A stretch of 64,000 bases of DNA from an uncultured Acidobacteriota bacterium (GCA_963843575.1 CAWJKZ010000013.1:288001-352000), one strand, 5' to 3'; counted from the first letter of the stretch, positions 18,679 through 29,798 are shown. A program made the numbers and translations. The notes: generated by a model from the letters alone, not told the origin.

Positions 18679-21481
18679 ATGCTAGACAAGATAGAGGTGC
18701 GCGGCGCGCGCCAGCACAACCTGAAAAACATCAGCCTCGACATCCCGCGGCACAAACTGACCGTCGTCACGGGGCTATCCGGCTCGGGCAAGTCAAGCCT
18801 CGCCTTCGACACCATATACGCCGAGGGGCAGCGCCGGTATATCGAGTCGCTCTCCGCCTACGCGCGCCAGTTTCTCGAGCAGATGGAGAAGCCGGACGTC
18901 GACAGCGTCGCCGGGCTGTCGCCGGCAATCAGCATCGAGCAGAAGACGACCAGCCGGAGTCCGCAGATCTACGGTCGGGACCGTCACCGAGATCTACGAC
19001 TACATGCGGCTGCTTTTCGCTTCCATCGGCAAGCCGCACTGCCACATCTGCGGACGGCCGATATCGCACCAGAAGCTCGACCAGATCGTCGACGCGATCG
19101 CAGCCTACCCGCAAGACACGCGGGTCATGATCCTGGCCCCCGTGGTCCGCGACCGCAAGGGGGAGTTCAAAAAGCTTTTCGAGAAGTACGTCAAGAAAGG
19201 ATACGTCCGGGTGCGTGTCGACGGGCGGATTTACGATCTCGAAGAGCAGATCCCGCTCTCGAAGACGCGCAACCACACGGTCGAGGTGATCGTCGACCGC
19301 GTCCTCATCAAGCCGGGCATCCGGCGCCGGCTCGAGATGTCCGTCAAGGCGGCGATGCAATTGGCCGAGGGGCTCGTCTCGGTCGCCGCCGTCGACATCG
19401 AGGAGAAGCTGTTCTCGGAGCGGCAGGCCTGCATCGACTGCGGGGTCAGCATCCCGACGCTCGAGCCGCGCTCGTTTTCCTTCAACTCGAAGCACGGCGC
19501 GTGCCCGGAGTGCGACGGCATGGGGACCAGCATGGTGCTCAACCCCGCGAGCCTCGTCCGCGACCCGGGCCAGCCCGTCGGGTCGCTGGAATTCGCGATC
19601 GAGAATCCCAGGGTCAGCGGCTACCTGCGCGATTCGCTCGCGACCATCGCCCGCCATTTCAAGTGTGACCCCGGCACCCCTTTCAACAAGCTGCCGGAGC
19701 GGGCCCGGCAGGCGCTGCTGCACGGCACCGACGAGCCCATTACCCACTATTTCGGCGATTTCGGGTACACCGCCGAATTCCGCGGGATCGTCCCGTGGCT
19801 CGAGGCCGTGTGCCGAGACGAAGGGAACCCGAAGCTGCAGGAGGAGGTGTCCTCCCTGTTTTCGATTCAGGAATGCCCGGTCTGCGGCGGTTCGAGGTTG
19901 CGCCCGGAAAGCCGCGCCGTGCGCCTCAACGGCATGACCATCTCGGAGTTTGCCCGAGCCCCGCTCGAGAGCGCACTGCGGGCGTTCCAGCGCCTCAAAT
20001 TGACGGACCGCGAGGAGGAGATCGCTGGCCGGATCATGGCCGAGATATGCGAGCGGCTGCAGTTCCTGCTCAACGTCGGCGTCGGATACCTGTCGCTCGA
20101 CCGGCCTGCGGCCTCGCTGTCCGGCGGGGAAGGGCAGCGGATCCGGCTGGCCACCCAGATCGGTTCCAGGCTGCGCGGCGTCCTCTACGTCCTCGACGAA
20201 CCTTCCATCGGACTTCACCCGCGCGACAACCGGCGCCTGCTCGACACCCTGGCAGAGCTGCGGGACCTGGGGAACACCATCCTCGTCGTCGAACACGACG
20301 AGGAGACGATCCGCAGCGCCGACCACGTCGTCGATCTGGGGCCCGGCGCCGGCCGAGCGGGCGGCGAGGTCGTCGTGGCGGGAACCGTGGACGAGGTGCA
20401 GCGGAGCGCCCCGTCGCTCACCGGTCAGTATCTCAGCGGCCGCCTCCGGATCGAGTACCCGTCGCGGCGGCGCAAGGGAAACGGGAAACGGCTGGTCGTC
20501 AAGGGGGCCCGTCACCACAACCTGCAGGACCTCACGGTCGAGTTTCCCCTCGGCTTGTTCATCTGCGTCACCGGCGTCTCGGGCTCGGGCAAGTCCTCCC
20601 TGGTCGACGACATACTGTTCAAGACGCTCAGCCGCAAGCTGCACCACGCCCTGTGCGAACCCGGGGCACACGACGAGATCGTCGGGCTGGAACACCTCGA
20701 CAAGGTCATCGAGATCGATCAGTCCCCCATCGGGAGAACCCCCAGATCGAATCCCGCGACCTACACCGGCCTCTTCGCCCCTATCCGGGAGCTCTTCGCG
20801 ATGCTCCCGGATTCGCGCATCCGCGGCTACAGGCCCGGACGGTTCAGCTTCAACGTCAAGGGCGGACGGTGCGAGACCTGCCAGGGTGACGGGCTGCGGC
20901 GGATCGAAATGAACTTCCTGCCCGATGTGTACGTGCTGTGCGAGACCTGCCGGGGAAAGCGATACAACCACGAAACCTTGACCGTGAAGTACAAGGGGTA
21001 CTCGATCGCCGACCTTCTGGAGATGAATATCAGCGACGCCCAGTCCCTTCTGGAGAATATTCCACCCATCGTGCAGAAACTGCAGACTCTCAACGACGTG
21101 GGGCTGGGTTACGTGCAGCTTGGCCAGCCCGCCACTACGCTCTCGGGGGGCGAGGCGCAGCGCGTCAAGCTCGCCAGGGAACTCAGCCGCCGCGCCACGG
21201 GGCGCACCCTCTACATCCTGGACGAGCCCACGACCGGGCTGCATTTCCACGATGTGAAGAAGCTGCTGGACATCCTCAACAGCCTGGTCGATCTCGGGAA
21301 CAGCGTCGTCGTGATCGAACACAACCTCGATGTCATCAAGATGGCCGATTGGATCATCGACCTCGGCCCCGAGGGGGGCGAGCACGGCGGACGTGTCGTG
21401 GCGGCCGGGAACCCGGAACGCGTGGCGCGTGTCAAATCTTCCGCCACGGGCCAGGCCCTCCGCCGCGTCCTCGTCCAGTAA
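18679..21481 (+). CDS. uvrA: Excinuclease ABC subunit A; frameshift near 18965
   Basis: [36 protein letters not shown] and [11 protein letters not shown] motifs; zinc fingers. Confidence 0.97.
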
Positions 21482-21487
21482 GAGGGA

Positions 21488-21515
21488 GTGGGCGGGGGCG
21501 GCCCGCCCCCGCCCC
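21488..21515. repeat. REP-like family D palindrome (GTGGGCGGGGGCGGCCCGCCCCCGCCC)
   Basis: Copies at 26296, 31683 and 60753. Confidence 0.7.
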
Positions 21516-21532
21516 GACAAGCCGAAACATAC

Positions 21533-22177
21533 CTACGTCAAAGCCAGGTCCGCGACGGTCACATCGGCGATCGTGCGGCGGACCAGGTCGGCGTGGGAGA
21601 GCAGCTCGGCGGGAAAGGTCTGGGCGACGGCGACGCAACGCATCCCTGCAGCCTTGGCGGCATCAACGCCGTTGACCGCGTCCTCCACCACGGTGCAGCG
21701 CGCCGGCTGGAGTTTCAGCCGCGCGGCGGCGGTCAGGAAGAGGTCCGGGGCCGGCTTTCTTCGTGTTACGTCGAAGGCCGTGACCACCGCGTCCCAGGTT
21801 TCCGGCGGAAGCCCGATCCTGCGGAGGTTGGCCTCGATTTTGACCGGGTCGGCGCTCGAGGCGACCGCGGTCTTCAAGCCGGCCTCGCGGCAGAGCTGCA
21901 CCAGTTCCCGGGCGCCGGGGAAGGCGCGGAGGTGGTCGGGCACCAGACCGAGGTATATCTCGTACGTCCTGCGCTTCGCCTCCGGGAGATCGATGCCAAA
22001 GGCATACCTCTCTGCGACCCCGCCGATATAGCGGTTCTCCCCGGCGCCGACGAAGGGGAGGAAATCCTCGGGCCGGACCGCAAGCCCCTTCTCCGCAAAC
22101 ATCTCGATGGCGGCCCGATTGATGAGGGGCTCCGAATCTGTCAGAACCCCGTCCATGTCGAAAATGACACCCGTCAT
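21533..22177 (-). CDS. HAD-superfamily phosphatase (beta-PGM/CbbY-like)
   Basis: FDMDGVL, KPAPDLF and VEDAVNGVDAAKAAGM motifs. Confidence 0.9.
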   Translation of the reverse strand: MTGVIFDMDGVLTDSEPLINRAAIEMFAEKGLAVRPEDFLPFVGAGENRYIGGVAERYAFGIDLPEAKRRTYEIYLGLVPDHLRAFPGARELVQLCREAGLKTAVASSADPVKIEANLRRIGLPPETWDAVVTAFDVTRRKPAPDLFLTAAARLKLQPARCTVVEDAVNGVDAAKAAGMRCVAVAQTFPAELLSHADLVRRTIADVTVADLALT

Positions 22178-22347
22178 AAGCAATGCAGCGCCTCCCGCCC
22201 GGACTTTATACGCAACCTCGGCACGTCTGCACGAGAATTCGAAACACGCGGAATCTCGCAAGTGCGGCCGCGTTCCGCTCGCGTTCTCAGGCCCGAACAC
22301 CCGGCGCCTCGGAGCCACACGGGAATGGCGCCAAATTCAGTTCGCCA

Positions 22348-22385
22348 TTGACAGACACCGAATAATGGATTAAAAGGTCTATTAT
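22348..22385 (+). promoter_or_regulatory. Promoter -35 (TTGACA) and candidate Rrf2 operator palindrome overlapping the -10 region and start codon
   Basis: ATAATGGAT-taaaag-GTCTATTAT imperfect inverted repeat at 22362-22385. Confidence 0.6.
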
Positions 22386-22842
22386 GTTATTTTCAAGGCC
22401 GGCCGAATACGCTGTCCGCGCCATGACCTTCCTCGCGACCCTCCCGGCAGGCCGCCTCGCCGGCGCTCGGGAAATCTCCGAGGCGGAACGCATCCCCATG
22501 CCCTTCCTCTGGAAAATCCTCCACTCGCTCGCCCGCCGCAAACTCGTCCGCTCCTTCAAGGGCGTGCACGGCGGATATGAACTCGCCCTGCCCTCCGACC
22601 AGATCACCATCGACATGCTCCTTGAGGCGGTCGACAGCAAAGACCGGTTCGGCAGCTGCGTCCTCGGCCTTCCCCGCTGCGGCGAGGAAAACGCCTGCCC
22701 GCTGCACGAGACCTGGCAGCAGTTGCGGGCCCGCATGGCGGCCATGCTCGAAGACAACACCCTTGCCGACCTCGCCCGCATCACCGCGGCACGGACTGCG
22801 GCGCGCAAAGACACCACGATCACCGACCGAGTCGACCATTGA
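22384..22842 (+). CDS. Rrf2 family Fe-S transcriptional regulator
   Basis: EYAVRA, VRSFKGVHGGY and CVLGLPRCGEENACPLH (three Cys plus His). Confidence 0.92.
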   Translation: MLFSRPAEYAVRAMTFLATLPAGRLAGAREISEAERIPMPFLWKILHSLARRKLVRSFKGVHGGYELALPSDQITIDMLLEAVDSKDRFGSCVLGLPRCGEENACPLHETWQQLRARMAAMLEDNTLADLARITAARTAARKDTTITDRVDH

Positions 22843-22858
22843 CCATGGAGGTACTGTA

Positions 22859-23431
22859 ATGGAATTCGCCACCCAAACCCTGCGGCGTGAACACGAGGCC
22901 ATACTGGAAATGCTCGCAGTCGCCGCCGAACTCGCGTCGCGCCTCGAAGAGGGAACCCCCGTCCCCGCCGAGCAGCTGCGCGACACGATCGAGTTCTTCA
23001 CGGTCTTCGCCGACCGCTGCCACCACGCCAAGGAAGAGGAGCTGCTTTTCCCGGCCCTCGAACAGAAAGGCATGCCGCGCGCGGGAGGCCCCATCGCCGT
23101 CATGCTTCACGAGCACGATGTCGGCAGGGCCGCCGTCCGCCGCATGAGCGCCGCCGCCGAGGCCTATCCCGCCGATCCCGCCGCCGGTCCCGCCTGGGCC
23201 GCCGCCGCGCGCGACTACACCGCGCTGCTGCACGGCCACATCCAGAAGGAGAACAACGTCCTGTTTGTGATGGCCGAGCGGCTGCTCTCCGACGCCGAAC
23301 AGGCCAGGCTGGGTGCGGATTTCGAGACCGTCGAAGCCCTGAAGATGGGCGCCGGCACCCACGAACGACTCCACGGCCTGATCCGGAGACTGACCTCGGA
23401 AGTCCTCCCCGGGGCGAAAGACGCCCACTAG
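22859..23431 (+). CDS. Hemerythrin domain protein
   Basis: LRREH, CHHAKEEELLFP, MLHEH and HIQKENNVLF motifs. Confidence 0.9.
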   Translation: MEFATQTLRREHEAILEMLAVAAELASRLEEGTPVPAEQLRDTIEFFTVFADRCHHAKEEELLFPALEQKGMPRAGGPIAVMLHEHDVGRAAVRRMSAAAEAYPADPAAGPAWAAAARDYTALLHGHIQKENNVLFVMAERLLSDAEQARLGADFETVEALKMGAGTHERLHGLIRRLTSEVLPGAKDAH

Positions 23432-23440
23432 GAGAGCACC

Positions 23441-24524
23441 GTGGCTACCGCACCCCAGACCATGCCACGCCCCGACGCTGCCGCCCCGGCTCCTCGCGTT
23501 GCCCCGCGGAAGAAAATGCTCGTCCGCAAATCCGGCCGCGACCACTCTCAGGCGCTGCGCCTCGCCTTGCAGCTCTCGTTTCTCCTGCTGAATCTCGGGA
23601 TCGGCCTGCAGTTCTACCTGTTCGTGCGCCACTTCGAGTCTGGAGGGCAGACGCTCCGCGTCCCCCGGCCCGCCGGCGTCGAAGGCTGGCTCCCCATCGC
23701 CGGCATGATGAACCTGAGGTACTTCCTCGAGACGTGGCACGTGCCCTCGATACACCCCGCCGCCATGTTCCTGCTGGTCGCGTTCCTGCTCATGTCGTTC
23801 GTGTTCCGCAAGGCCTTCTGCGGCTGGCTCTGCCCGGTGGGGACGATCTCTGAAGGCCTCTGGAAACTGGGGCGGCGCCTGCTCAGGACCAACCTCCGGT
23901 TCCCCGGGTGGGCCGACATCCCCCTGCGCGCCGTGAAATACCTGCTCCTGTTTCTCTTCGTCTACGCGGTGGCCGGCATGTCGGCAAGGTCGGTCGCAGG
24001 CTTTCCTCGAAAGCCCGTATGGCGTCGTCGCCGACGTCAAAATGCTCAACTTCTTCCGCCACATGGGCCAGACCGCCGCCATAACCCTGGCGGCGCTCGT
24101 GGTCCTGTCCGTGCTGGTCAAGAACTTCTGGTGCCGCTACCTCTGTCCCTACGGCGCATTAATGGGGCTCGCCGCGCTCCTGAGCCCGTCCCGGATCCGC
24201 CGCGATCCGGCCCGCTGCATCGACTGCGCGAAGTGCGCCCGGGCCTGTCCCGCGCTGCTGCCGGTCGACAAGCTCGCCACCGTGCGCTCGGCCGAGTGCA
24301 TGGCCTGTCTTGAGTGCGTAGCCGTCTGCCCGGCAGACGGAGCCCTGCGCATGTCGCTCCCCCGCCGACGCGCACTCCCGGCTTGGGCGCTTGCCGCCGG
24401 GATAACGACGTTGTTCCTCGGCGTCGTTTTTGCGGCAAAGGCCACCGGCTCCTGGCAAACCCTCGTCCCCCACGATGTCTACCGCGAACTCGTCCCCAGA
24501 TCCGGCGAGTTCGGCCACCCGTAG
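23441..24524 (+). CDS. Membrane 4Fe-4S binding protein (YccM/NapH-like); frameshift near 24005
   Basis: FCGWLCPVG, WCRYLCPYG, CIDCAKCARACP and CMACLECVAVCP motifs. Confidence 0.88.
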
Positions 24525-24540
24525 AAACGGAAGCCCCCAT

Positions 24541-24920
24541 CGCATCGATTGAGCATTTCGATGCGGGGCAGCCGCGCCTTCCGGCTTCGGGATCCCAGCC
24601 GTCACTACGGAAGCCGGGAGCCGGGAGCCAGGGAACAGCCCTTCCGCATCGATTGAGCGTTTCGATGCGGGCAGGCGCCTTCCGGCTTCGGGATCCCAGC
24701 CGTCACTACGGAAGCCGGAAGCCGGGAGCCAGGGAACAGGCCCTTCCGCATCGATTGAGCGTTTCGATGCGGGGCAGCCGCGCCTTCCGGCTTCGGGATC
24801 CCAGCCGTCACTACGGAAGCCGGAAGCCGGGAGCCAGGGAACAGGCCCCTCCGCATCGATTGAGCATTTCGATGCGGGACGGCCCCGCCTGCCGGCTTCC
24901 GGCTTCGGGCTCCCGGCTTC
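24541..24920. repeat. Tandem array of ~104-bp units (about 3.6 copies), each with two hairpins
   Basis: Units start at 24541, 24645, 24747 and 24852 with CGCATCGA-TTGAGC(A/G)TT-TCGATGCG. Confidence 0.95.
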
Positions 24921-24945
24921 TGCCTCTCTTAGGTATACTGAAAGG

Positions 24946-25917
24946 ATGTCCAGATATCCGGTGGGGCCGTTTGGTGCTTCGGGGATCCGGACCTATCCGC
25001 TGAAGGATAGGCCCAGCAGGGTCGACGTCGGACGTTTCGGGAGGCCCCACACCAAGGGGGCTTCGGTCTCCGAGTTCCTCGAAGGGCTTCCTGGCATCCT
25101 TGCGGCCCAGGGGTTGCGCGATCTTGCCCACACCATCGCCGCTGCGCCCCCCGCGGGAAAACCGGTGCTGTGGGGGATGGGCGGGCACGTGATCAAGACC
25201 GGTCTTGCCCCCATCCTCATCGACCTGATGGACCGCGGTTTCGTGTCGGGTGTCGCGCTGAACGGGTCGGGAATTGTCCACGATTTCGAGATCGCCCTGG
25301 TCGGTTCCACCAGCGAGGACGTGCAGGCGCAACTCGAGCAGGGAGCCTTCGGCATGGCCGAGGAGACGGGGCAGCAGATCAACCAGGCCATCAGCGACGG
25401 GGTTGCGGACGGTCTCGGCATCGGGGAGGCGCTCGGCCGCTATCTCGCACACGCCCGGCCCCCTTTTGCGCGCCACAGCATCCTGACCGAGGCTTACCTG
25501 CGCCGCATTCCAGTCACGGTGCACGTGACCATCGGGGCAGACATCGTTCATAACCACCCTTCGTTTTCGCCCTCCGACACGGGAGAAGGCTCCTACCGCG
25601 ACTTCCGCGTTTTTGCCGGCCTCGTCGCGCGGCTCAATGGCGGGGGCGTCTACGTCAACTGCGGCTCCGCCGTGACGCTTCCGGAAGTTTTCCTGAAGTG
25701 CGTCTCGCTGGTGCGCAACTGCGGCAACGCGCTCGAGGGCTTCACGACCGCGAACCTCGACTTCGTCCAGCACTATCGCCCGACCGAAAACGTGCTGCGC
25801 CGACCGGTCGGCAAGAGCGGGCGCGGCATCGCCATCACCGGACACCACGAACTGGTCATCCCGTTGCTGGCGGCGTGGCTGGTCGAACTCTCCCCCGGAA
25901 CCCGCTCCGATGCCTGA
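24946..25917 (+). CDS. Uncharacterised protein with deoxyhypusine-synthase-like features (GSU2086-like family)
   Basis: MGGHVIKTG, HDFEIAL..TSEDV, FGMAEETG, GSAVTLPEVFLK and GHHELVIPLL; family assigned from recall. Confidence 0.65.
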   Translation: MSRYPVGPFGASGIRTYPLKDRPSRVDVGRFGRPHTKGASVSEFLEGLPGILAAQGLRDLAHTIAAAPPAGKPVLWGMGGHVIKTGLAPILIDLMDRGFVSGVALNGSGIVHDFEIALVGSTSEDVQAQLEQGAFGMAEETGQQINQAISDGVADGLGIGEALGRYLAHARPPFARHSILTEAYLRRIPVTVHVTIGADIVHNHPSFSPSDTGEGSYRDFRVFAGLVARLNGGGVYVNCGSAVTLPEVFLKCVSLVRNCGNALEGFTTANLDFVQHYRPTENVLRRPVGKSGRGIAITGHHELVIPLLAAWLVELSPGTRSDA

Positions 25918-26290
25918 GCCCCCGCTCGGCCCCGACGCCCTGGCGCAACTCGAACTCGGCGTGACGCAGTTCAACCGCGGCCAATTCTTCGAATGCCACG
26001 ACACGCTCGAGGAGGCCTGGCAGGCGACGCGCGGGCCGGCGCGCGATTTTCTCCAGGGACTCATCCAGGTGGCGGTTGGTTTCTATCACCTCGACGCCGG
26101 AAACCTGCGCGGGAGCGAGAGCCAGTTCGAGAAAGGGCTGGCCCGGCTGGAACCTTACGGGGAGGGCTATCTCGGCGTCGATCTCGGCGCCCTGCGGCGG
26201 GATGCCCGCTCCTGGCTCGCCCGGATCAAGGCGGGGGACGATCTGCGGGCTGCTGCGGCGCCGCCGCGCCTGCACTACAAGCCCACCTAG
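25910..26290 (+). CDS. DUF309 domain protein
   Basis: FNRGQFFECHDTLEEAW..LQGLIQVAVGFYH. Confidence 0.9.
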   Translation: MPEPPLGPDALAQLELGVTQFNRGQFFECHDTLEEAWQATRGPARDFLQGLIQVAVGFYHLDAGNLRGSESQFEKGLARLEPYGEGYLGVDLGALRRDARSWLARIKAGDDLRAAAAPPRLHYKPT

Positions 26291-26371
26291 CCGGCGTGGG
26301 CGGGGGCGGCCCGCCCACGCCCCAATCACCAGCCACCGGGCATCGAGAAATCCGCTGGCGGCCCGCCCGGC

Positions 26372-27184
26372 TCACGGCTTGGCGATCAGGGTCGCCGTCT
26401 TCATGAAGGCTAGGAAGCGCTGGTCTTCGCGGATCGGGTCGAAATCGGGTTCCTTTCTTATCGCATCGATGTCAGAAAAGCCCGAGCTGAGAGCCTGCTT
26501 GAGGCTCTCGACGGCCCGCTCGGCATCGCCCATCGAGGCGAAAAGTCGTGCCAGAAAGTAGGCGCGTTCGGTTGGCGACCTCTGCGCGCCCGCGGCCGAC
26601 AGGCTGATGCCCTCCGATTTGCCCATGATCGCCGGATCGATCGCGAGCCCCTTGCGCAGTTCCGCCATCCCCTTCTGCATCTTTCCCAGTTCGAAGTACA
26701 GCGTTCCGAGATTGACGTGAAATGAGGCGATGTCGGGCGCGAGGCTAATCGCCTTTTTGAAGTGTTTCTCGGCCTGGTTTTTCTCCCCGACCGCAAAGTT
26801 GACCGTGCCGAGGTTGTTGTAGGCGTATGGGTACTTTGGGTTCAGCCCGATCGAGCGCTGGAACGCGTTGGTCGCTTCCGGATAATACTTCAGCTGCGAA
26901 TAGGAGATCCCGAGTTTGTTGCTGATGAATTCGCTGTTGGGATTCAGCCTCGCGGCTTCGAGGTACTTGATCAGGGCGGCGTAAAAATCGCGGCGCGCGA
27001 ACGCGAGGTCCGCGTCCCGGGCGCACTCGTTGGCCTTGATGATGTCTTGCGCCGGGACCGGAACCCGGACCACGCGCTGGGGGCCGCACGCGAAAAGCAG
27101 CAGAACGAAGCAGGCGCACAGCAACGGCGTCGTTCTGCTGCTCGAAAACAGGCGCCGGCCCGGACGTGCCCGGTTGCCCGGCAT
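26372..27184 (-). CDS. TPR-repeat lipoprotein
   Basis: Lipobox LLFAC; repeated NKLG..Y / YNNLG / HVNLG TPR patterns; C-terminal DPDFDPIR-like tail. Confidence 0.85.
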   Translation of the reverse strand: MPGNRARPGRRLFSSSRTTPLLCACFVLLLFACGPQRVVRVPVPAQDIIKANECARDADLAFARRDFYAALIKYLEAARLNPNSEFISNKLGISYSQLKYYPEATNAFQRSIGLNPKYPYAYNNLGTVNFAVGEKNQAEKHFKKAISLAPDIASFHVNLGTLYFELGKMQKGMAELRKGLAIDPAIMGKSEGISLSAAGAQRSPTERAYFLARLFASMGDAERAVESLKQALSSGFSDIDAIRKEPDFDPIREDQRFLAFMKTATLIAKP

Positions 27185-27327
27185 CCCTCTCCCCCCGTCC
27201 TGTGGCGCAATCATTACATCTATCTTAGACCGGCACACCCGGCGGGTTCAAGAAATCCGCGGGAGGACATCCATCGCAGGAGAGAGCAGCCCGGGAAGGC
27301 CGGGGGATCGAGGCTTTGCACGTGCCC

Positions 27328-27729
27328 CTACAGGCGTCCTATGAAGCTCGAGGCCTTCAGGTCGAAATCCACCGGCCTCTCGAACAGCAGGAAATCGATG
27401 GGGGTGGTGTAGTGGATCTTCACGAAGATCTGTCCTGCCAGGTGCTCCACCTTGACATCGTCGCCCTTCAGGGTCAACTCGTTGCGTTTGGCGAGATCGA
27501 CGATGTTCTTCACCAGGGTCTCGTCGCTGTAAAAGTGCGCGCCCGCCCGGCTCACCTCGGTCCGCATGTCGGCCTCGAAGCTCTTGACCGCGTAGTACAC
27601 CGGGACCACGCGGATGCCGGCTATCACGACGACCGCTATCAGGGCGAGTGAGAAGAGGCAGCCGACCGTGCCTCTCCCTTCAGCGTTGCGGAGGAATCCA
27701 GGACTCGTGCGGAATAAGTGCAGGCTCAT
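27328..27729 (-). CDS. DUF4845-like single-TM protein with pilin-like N-terminus
   Basis: EGRG-TVGCLFSLALIAVVVIAG..VPVYY; directly downstream of lepA. Confidence 0.6.
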   Translation of the reverse strand: MSLHLFRTSPGFLRNAEGRGTVGCLFSLALIAVVVIAGIRVVPVYYAVKSFEADMRTEVSRAGAHFYSDETLVKNIVDLAKRNELTLKGDDVKVEHLAGQIFVKIHYTTPIDFLLFERPVDFDLKASSFIGRL

Positions 27730-27843
27730 TGATCGTACCCGTCTCTCGGTGGTCCGTTTATATAATCGGCGCCGGAACGGATTTGCTTTACCGTGGATGG
27801 GGGCCGGGCCGAAGATATTATCGCGGCGGCGGCCCGTGCGGGA

Positions 27844-29646
27844 CTACTGCTCGACCTTCAGGACGGCGAGGAAGGCCTCCTGCGGGATTTCGACCTTGCC
27901 CAGGCGCTTCATCCGCTTCTTGCCTTCCTTCTGTTTCTCGAGCAGCTTGCGTTTGCGGGTGATGTCGCCGCCGTAGCACTTGGCCAGCACGTTCTTGCGG
28001 ATCGGGCGGACCACTTCGCGGGCGATAACCTTGCTGCCGATGGCTGCCTGGATGACCACCTCGAACATCTGCCGCGGGATCAGTTCCTTCATTTTGGCGG
28101 CCAGGGCGCGGCCCCTGGCCGGGGCATTCTCCTGGTGGACGATCAGGGATAGGGCGTCGACCGGTTCCCCGCCGACCAGGATGTCGAGCTTCACGAGGGG
28201 AGATTCCTTGTAGCCGGAGAAGTGGTAATCCAACGAGGCGTACCCGCGCGAGGCGGACTTGAGCCGGTCGTAGAAATCGAGGACGATCTCGTTCAGCGGC
28301 AGTTCGTAGGTGATGAGGACACGGTTCGAGGTCACGTACTCAAAGCCCTTCTGAACCCCGCGTTTCTCCTCGGCGAGCTTCAGGATCGGGCCGACGTACT
28401 CGTCGCTCGACAGGATCATCGCGGTGATCATCGGCTCTTCGAACTTCTCGATTTCACCGGCCGGCGGGAGTTTCGACGGGTTGTGGATTTCCGCGACCTC
28501 CCCTTTTTTGTTGGTGACCCGATAGCGCACGCCGGGCGCGGTCGTGATCAGCGACAGGTTGAACTCGCGCTCGAGGCGTTCCTGGACGATCTCCATGTGC
28601 AGTAGGCCCAGGAAGCCGCAGCGGAAGCCGAAGCCCAGGGCCCCGGAGGTGTCAGGCTCGTAGAAAAACGACGAGTCGTTGAGCTTCAGCTTCTCGAGGG
28701 CGTCGCGCAGGTCTTCGTACTGGGCGTTGTCGGTCGGATACAGCCCGGCGAACACCATGGGCTTGATCTCCTGGAATCCCGGGAAGGGTTCCGGGGTCGG
28801 CCTGGCGTCCTCCGTGACCGTGTCGCCGATTTTTGTGTCGGACACCCGCTTGATGCCGGCTACGATGAAGCCCACCTCGCCCACCGACAGCTCGTCGATC
28901 TCGAGGAACTTGGGGGTGATGACCCCGACCTGCTCGACCGTGAACGACTGCTGGGCGGCCACGAGACGCACACGGGTCCCCTTGCGCACGGTCCCGTCGA
29001 TGACGCGCACCAGCACGATGACCCCGCGATAGGCGTCGAACCAGGAGTCGAAAATCAGCGCTTTCAGCGGCTTTTCGTATTCGCCCTTGGGCGGCGGGAG
29101 CCTGTGGACGATTGCCTCGAGGATCTCTTCGGTGCCGATGCCCTCCTTGGCGCTGGCCAGGATCGCGCCGGAGGCGTCCAGCCCGATGATGTTTTCGATC
29201 TGCTCCTTGATCCGCGGTATCTCGGCGCTCGGGAGATCGATCTTGTTGATGACCGGGACGATTTCGAGATGGTGGTCGAGGGCCAGGTAGGTGTTGGCCA
29301 GCGTCTGAGCCTCGACCCCCTGCGAAGCGTCCACCACCAGCAGCGCCCCTTCGCAGGCGGAGAGGCTGCGCGAGACCTCGTAGGAGAAGTCCACGTGCCC
29401 CGGGGTATCGATCAGGTTCAGGATGTAGTCGTGCCCGTCTTTCGCACGGTAGTTCAGGCGGACGGAATGTGCCTTGATCGTGATGCCCCGCTCGCGCTCC
29501 AGGTCCATGGCATCGAGCACCTGATCGGACATCTCGCGGGCCGTCAGCGCCCCCGTCGCTTCGAGCAGGCGGTCTGCCAGCGTCGACTTGCCGTGGTCGA
29601 TGTGGGCGATGATGGAAAAATTGCGGATGGCGTTTTTGTCGCTCAA
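27844..29646 (-). CDS. lepA: Elongation factor 4
   Basis: [36 protein letters not shown] and [10 protein letters not shown]; probable TTG start. Confidence 0.97.
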   Translation of the reverse strand: MSDKNAIRNFSIIAHIDHGKSTLADRLLEATGALTAREMSDQVLDAMDLERERGITIKAHSVRLNYRAKDGHDYILNLIDTPGHVDFSYEVSRSLSACEGALLVVDASQGVEAQTLANTYLALDHHLEIVPVINKIDLPSAEIPRIKEQIENIIGLDASGAILASAKEGIGTEEILEAIVHRLPPPKGEYEKPLKALIFDSWFDAYRGVIVLVRVIDGTVRKGTRVRLVAAQQSFTVEQVGVITPKFLEIDELSVGEVGFIVAGIKRVSDTKIGDTVTEDARPTPEPFPGFQEIKPMVFAGLYPTDNAQYEDLRDALEKLKLNDSSFFYEPDTSGALGFGFRCGFLGLLHMEIVQERLEREFNLSLITTAPGVRYRVTNKKGEVAEIHNPSKLPPAGEIEKFEEPMITAMILSSDEYVGPILKLAEEKRGVQKGFEYVTSNRVLITYELPLNEIVLDFYDRLKSASRGYASLDYHFSGYKESPLVKLDILVGGEPVDALSLIVHQENAPARGRALAAKMKELIPRQMFEVVIQAAIGSKVIAREVVRPIRKNVLAKCYGGDITRKRKLLEKQKEGKKRMKRLGKVEIPQEAFLAVLKVEQ

Positions 29647-29798
29647 TGACTCGTGCCGACCTCTTGATTGAACTGAGATGATACACGGTGCAACAGGCCC
29701 GCACAATAAAAGGCACCACGAGCTGTGGAGTGCGGCGGCTCGACGCCGCTTTGGGGTCGGCGCCCGGGCGCCGACCTTGGGCCGTCCATTCTGAGTGC

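Noticed and set aside
24550-24564. FNR/CRP box in the hairpin A loop
   Set aside because: TTGAG-N4-TCGAT deviates too much from TTGAT-N4-ATCAA and lies downstream of the operon
24541-24920. CRISPR array
   Set aside because: Sequences between the palindromes are near-identical rather than unique spacers; no cas genes nearby
24159-25003. Repeat-encoded ORFs across the tandem array
   Set aside because: Translations simply mirror the DNA repeat, unit lengths mostly break frame, and there is no RBS
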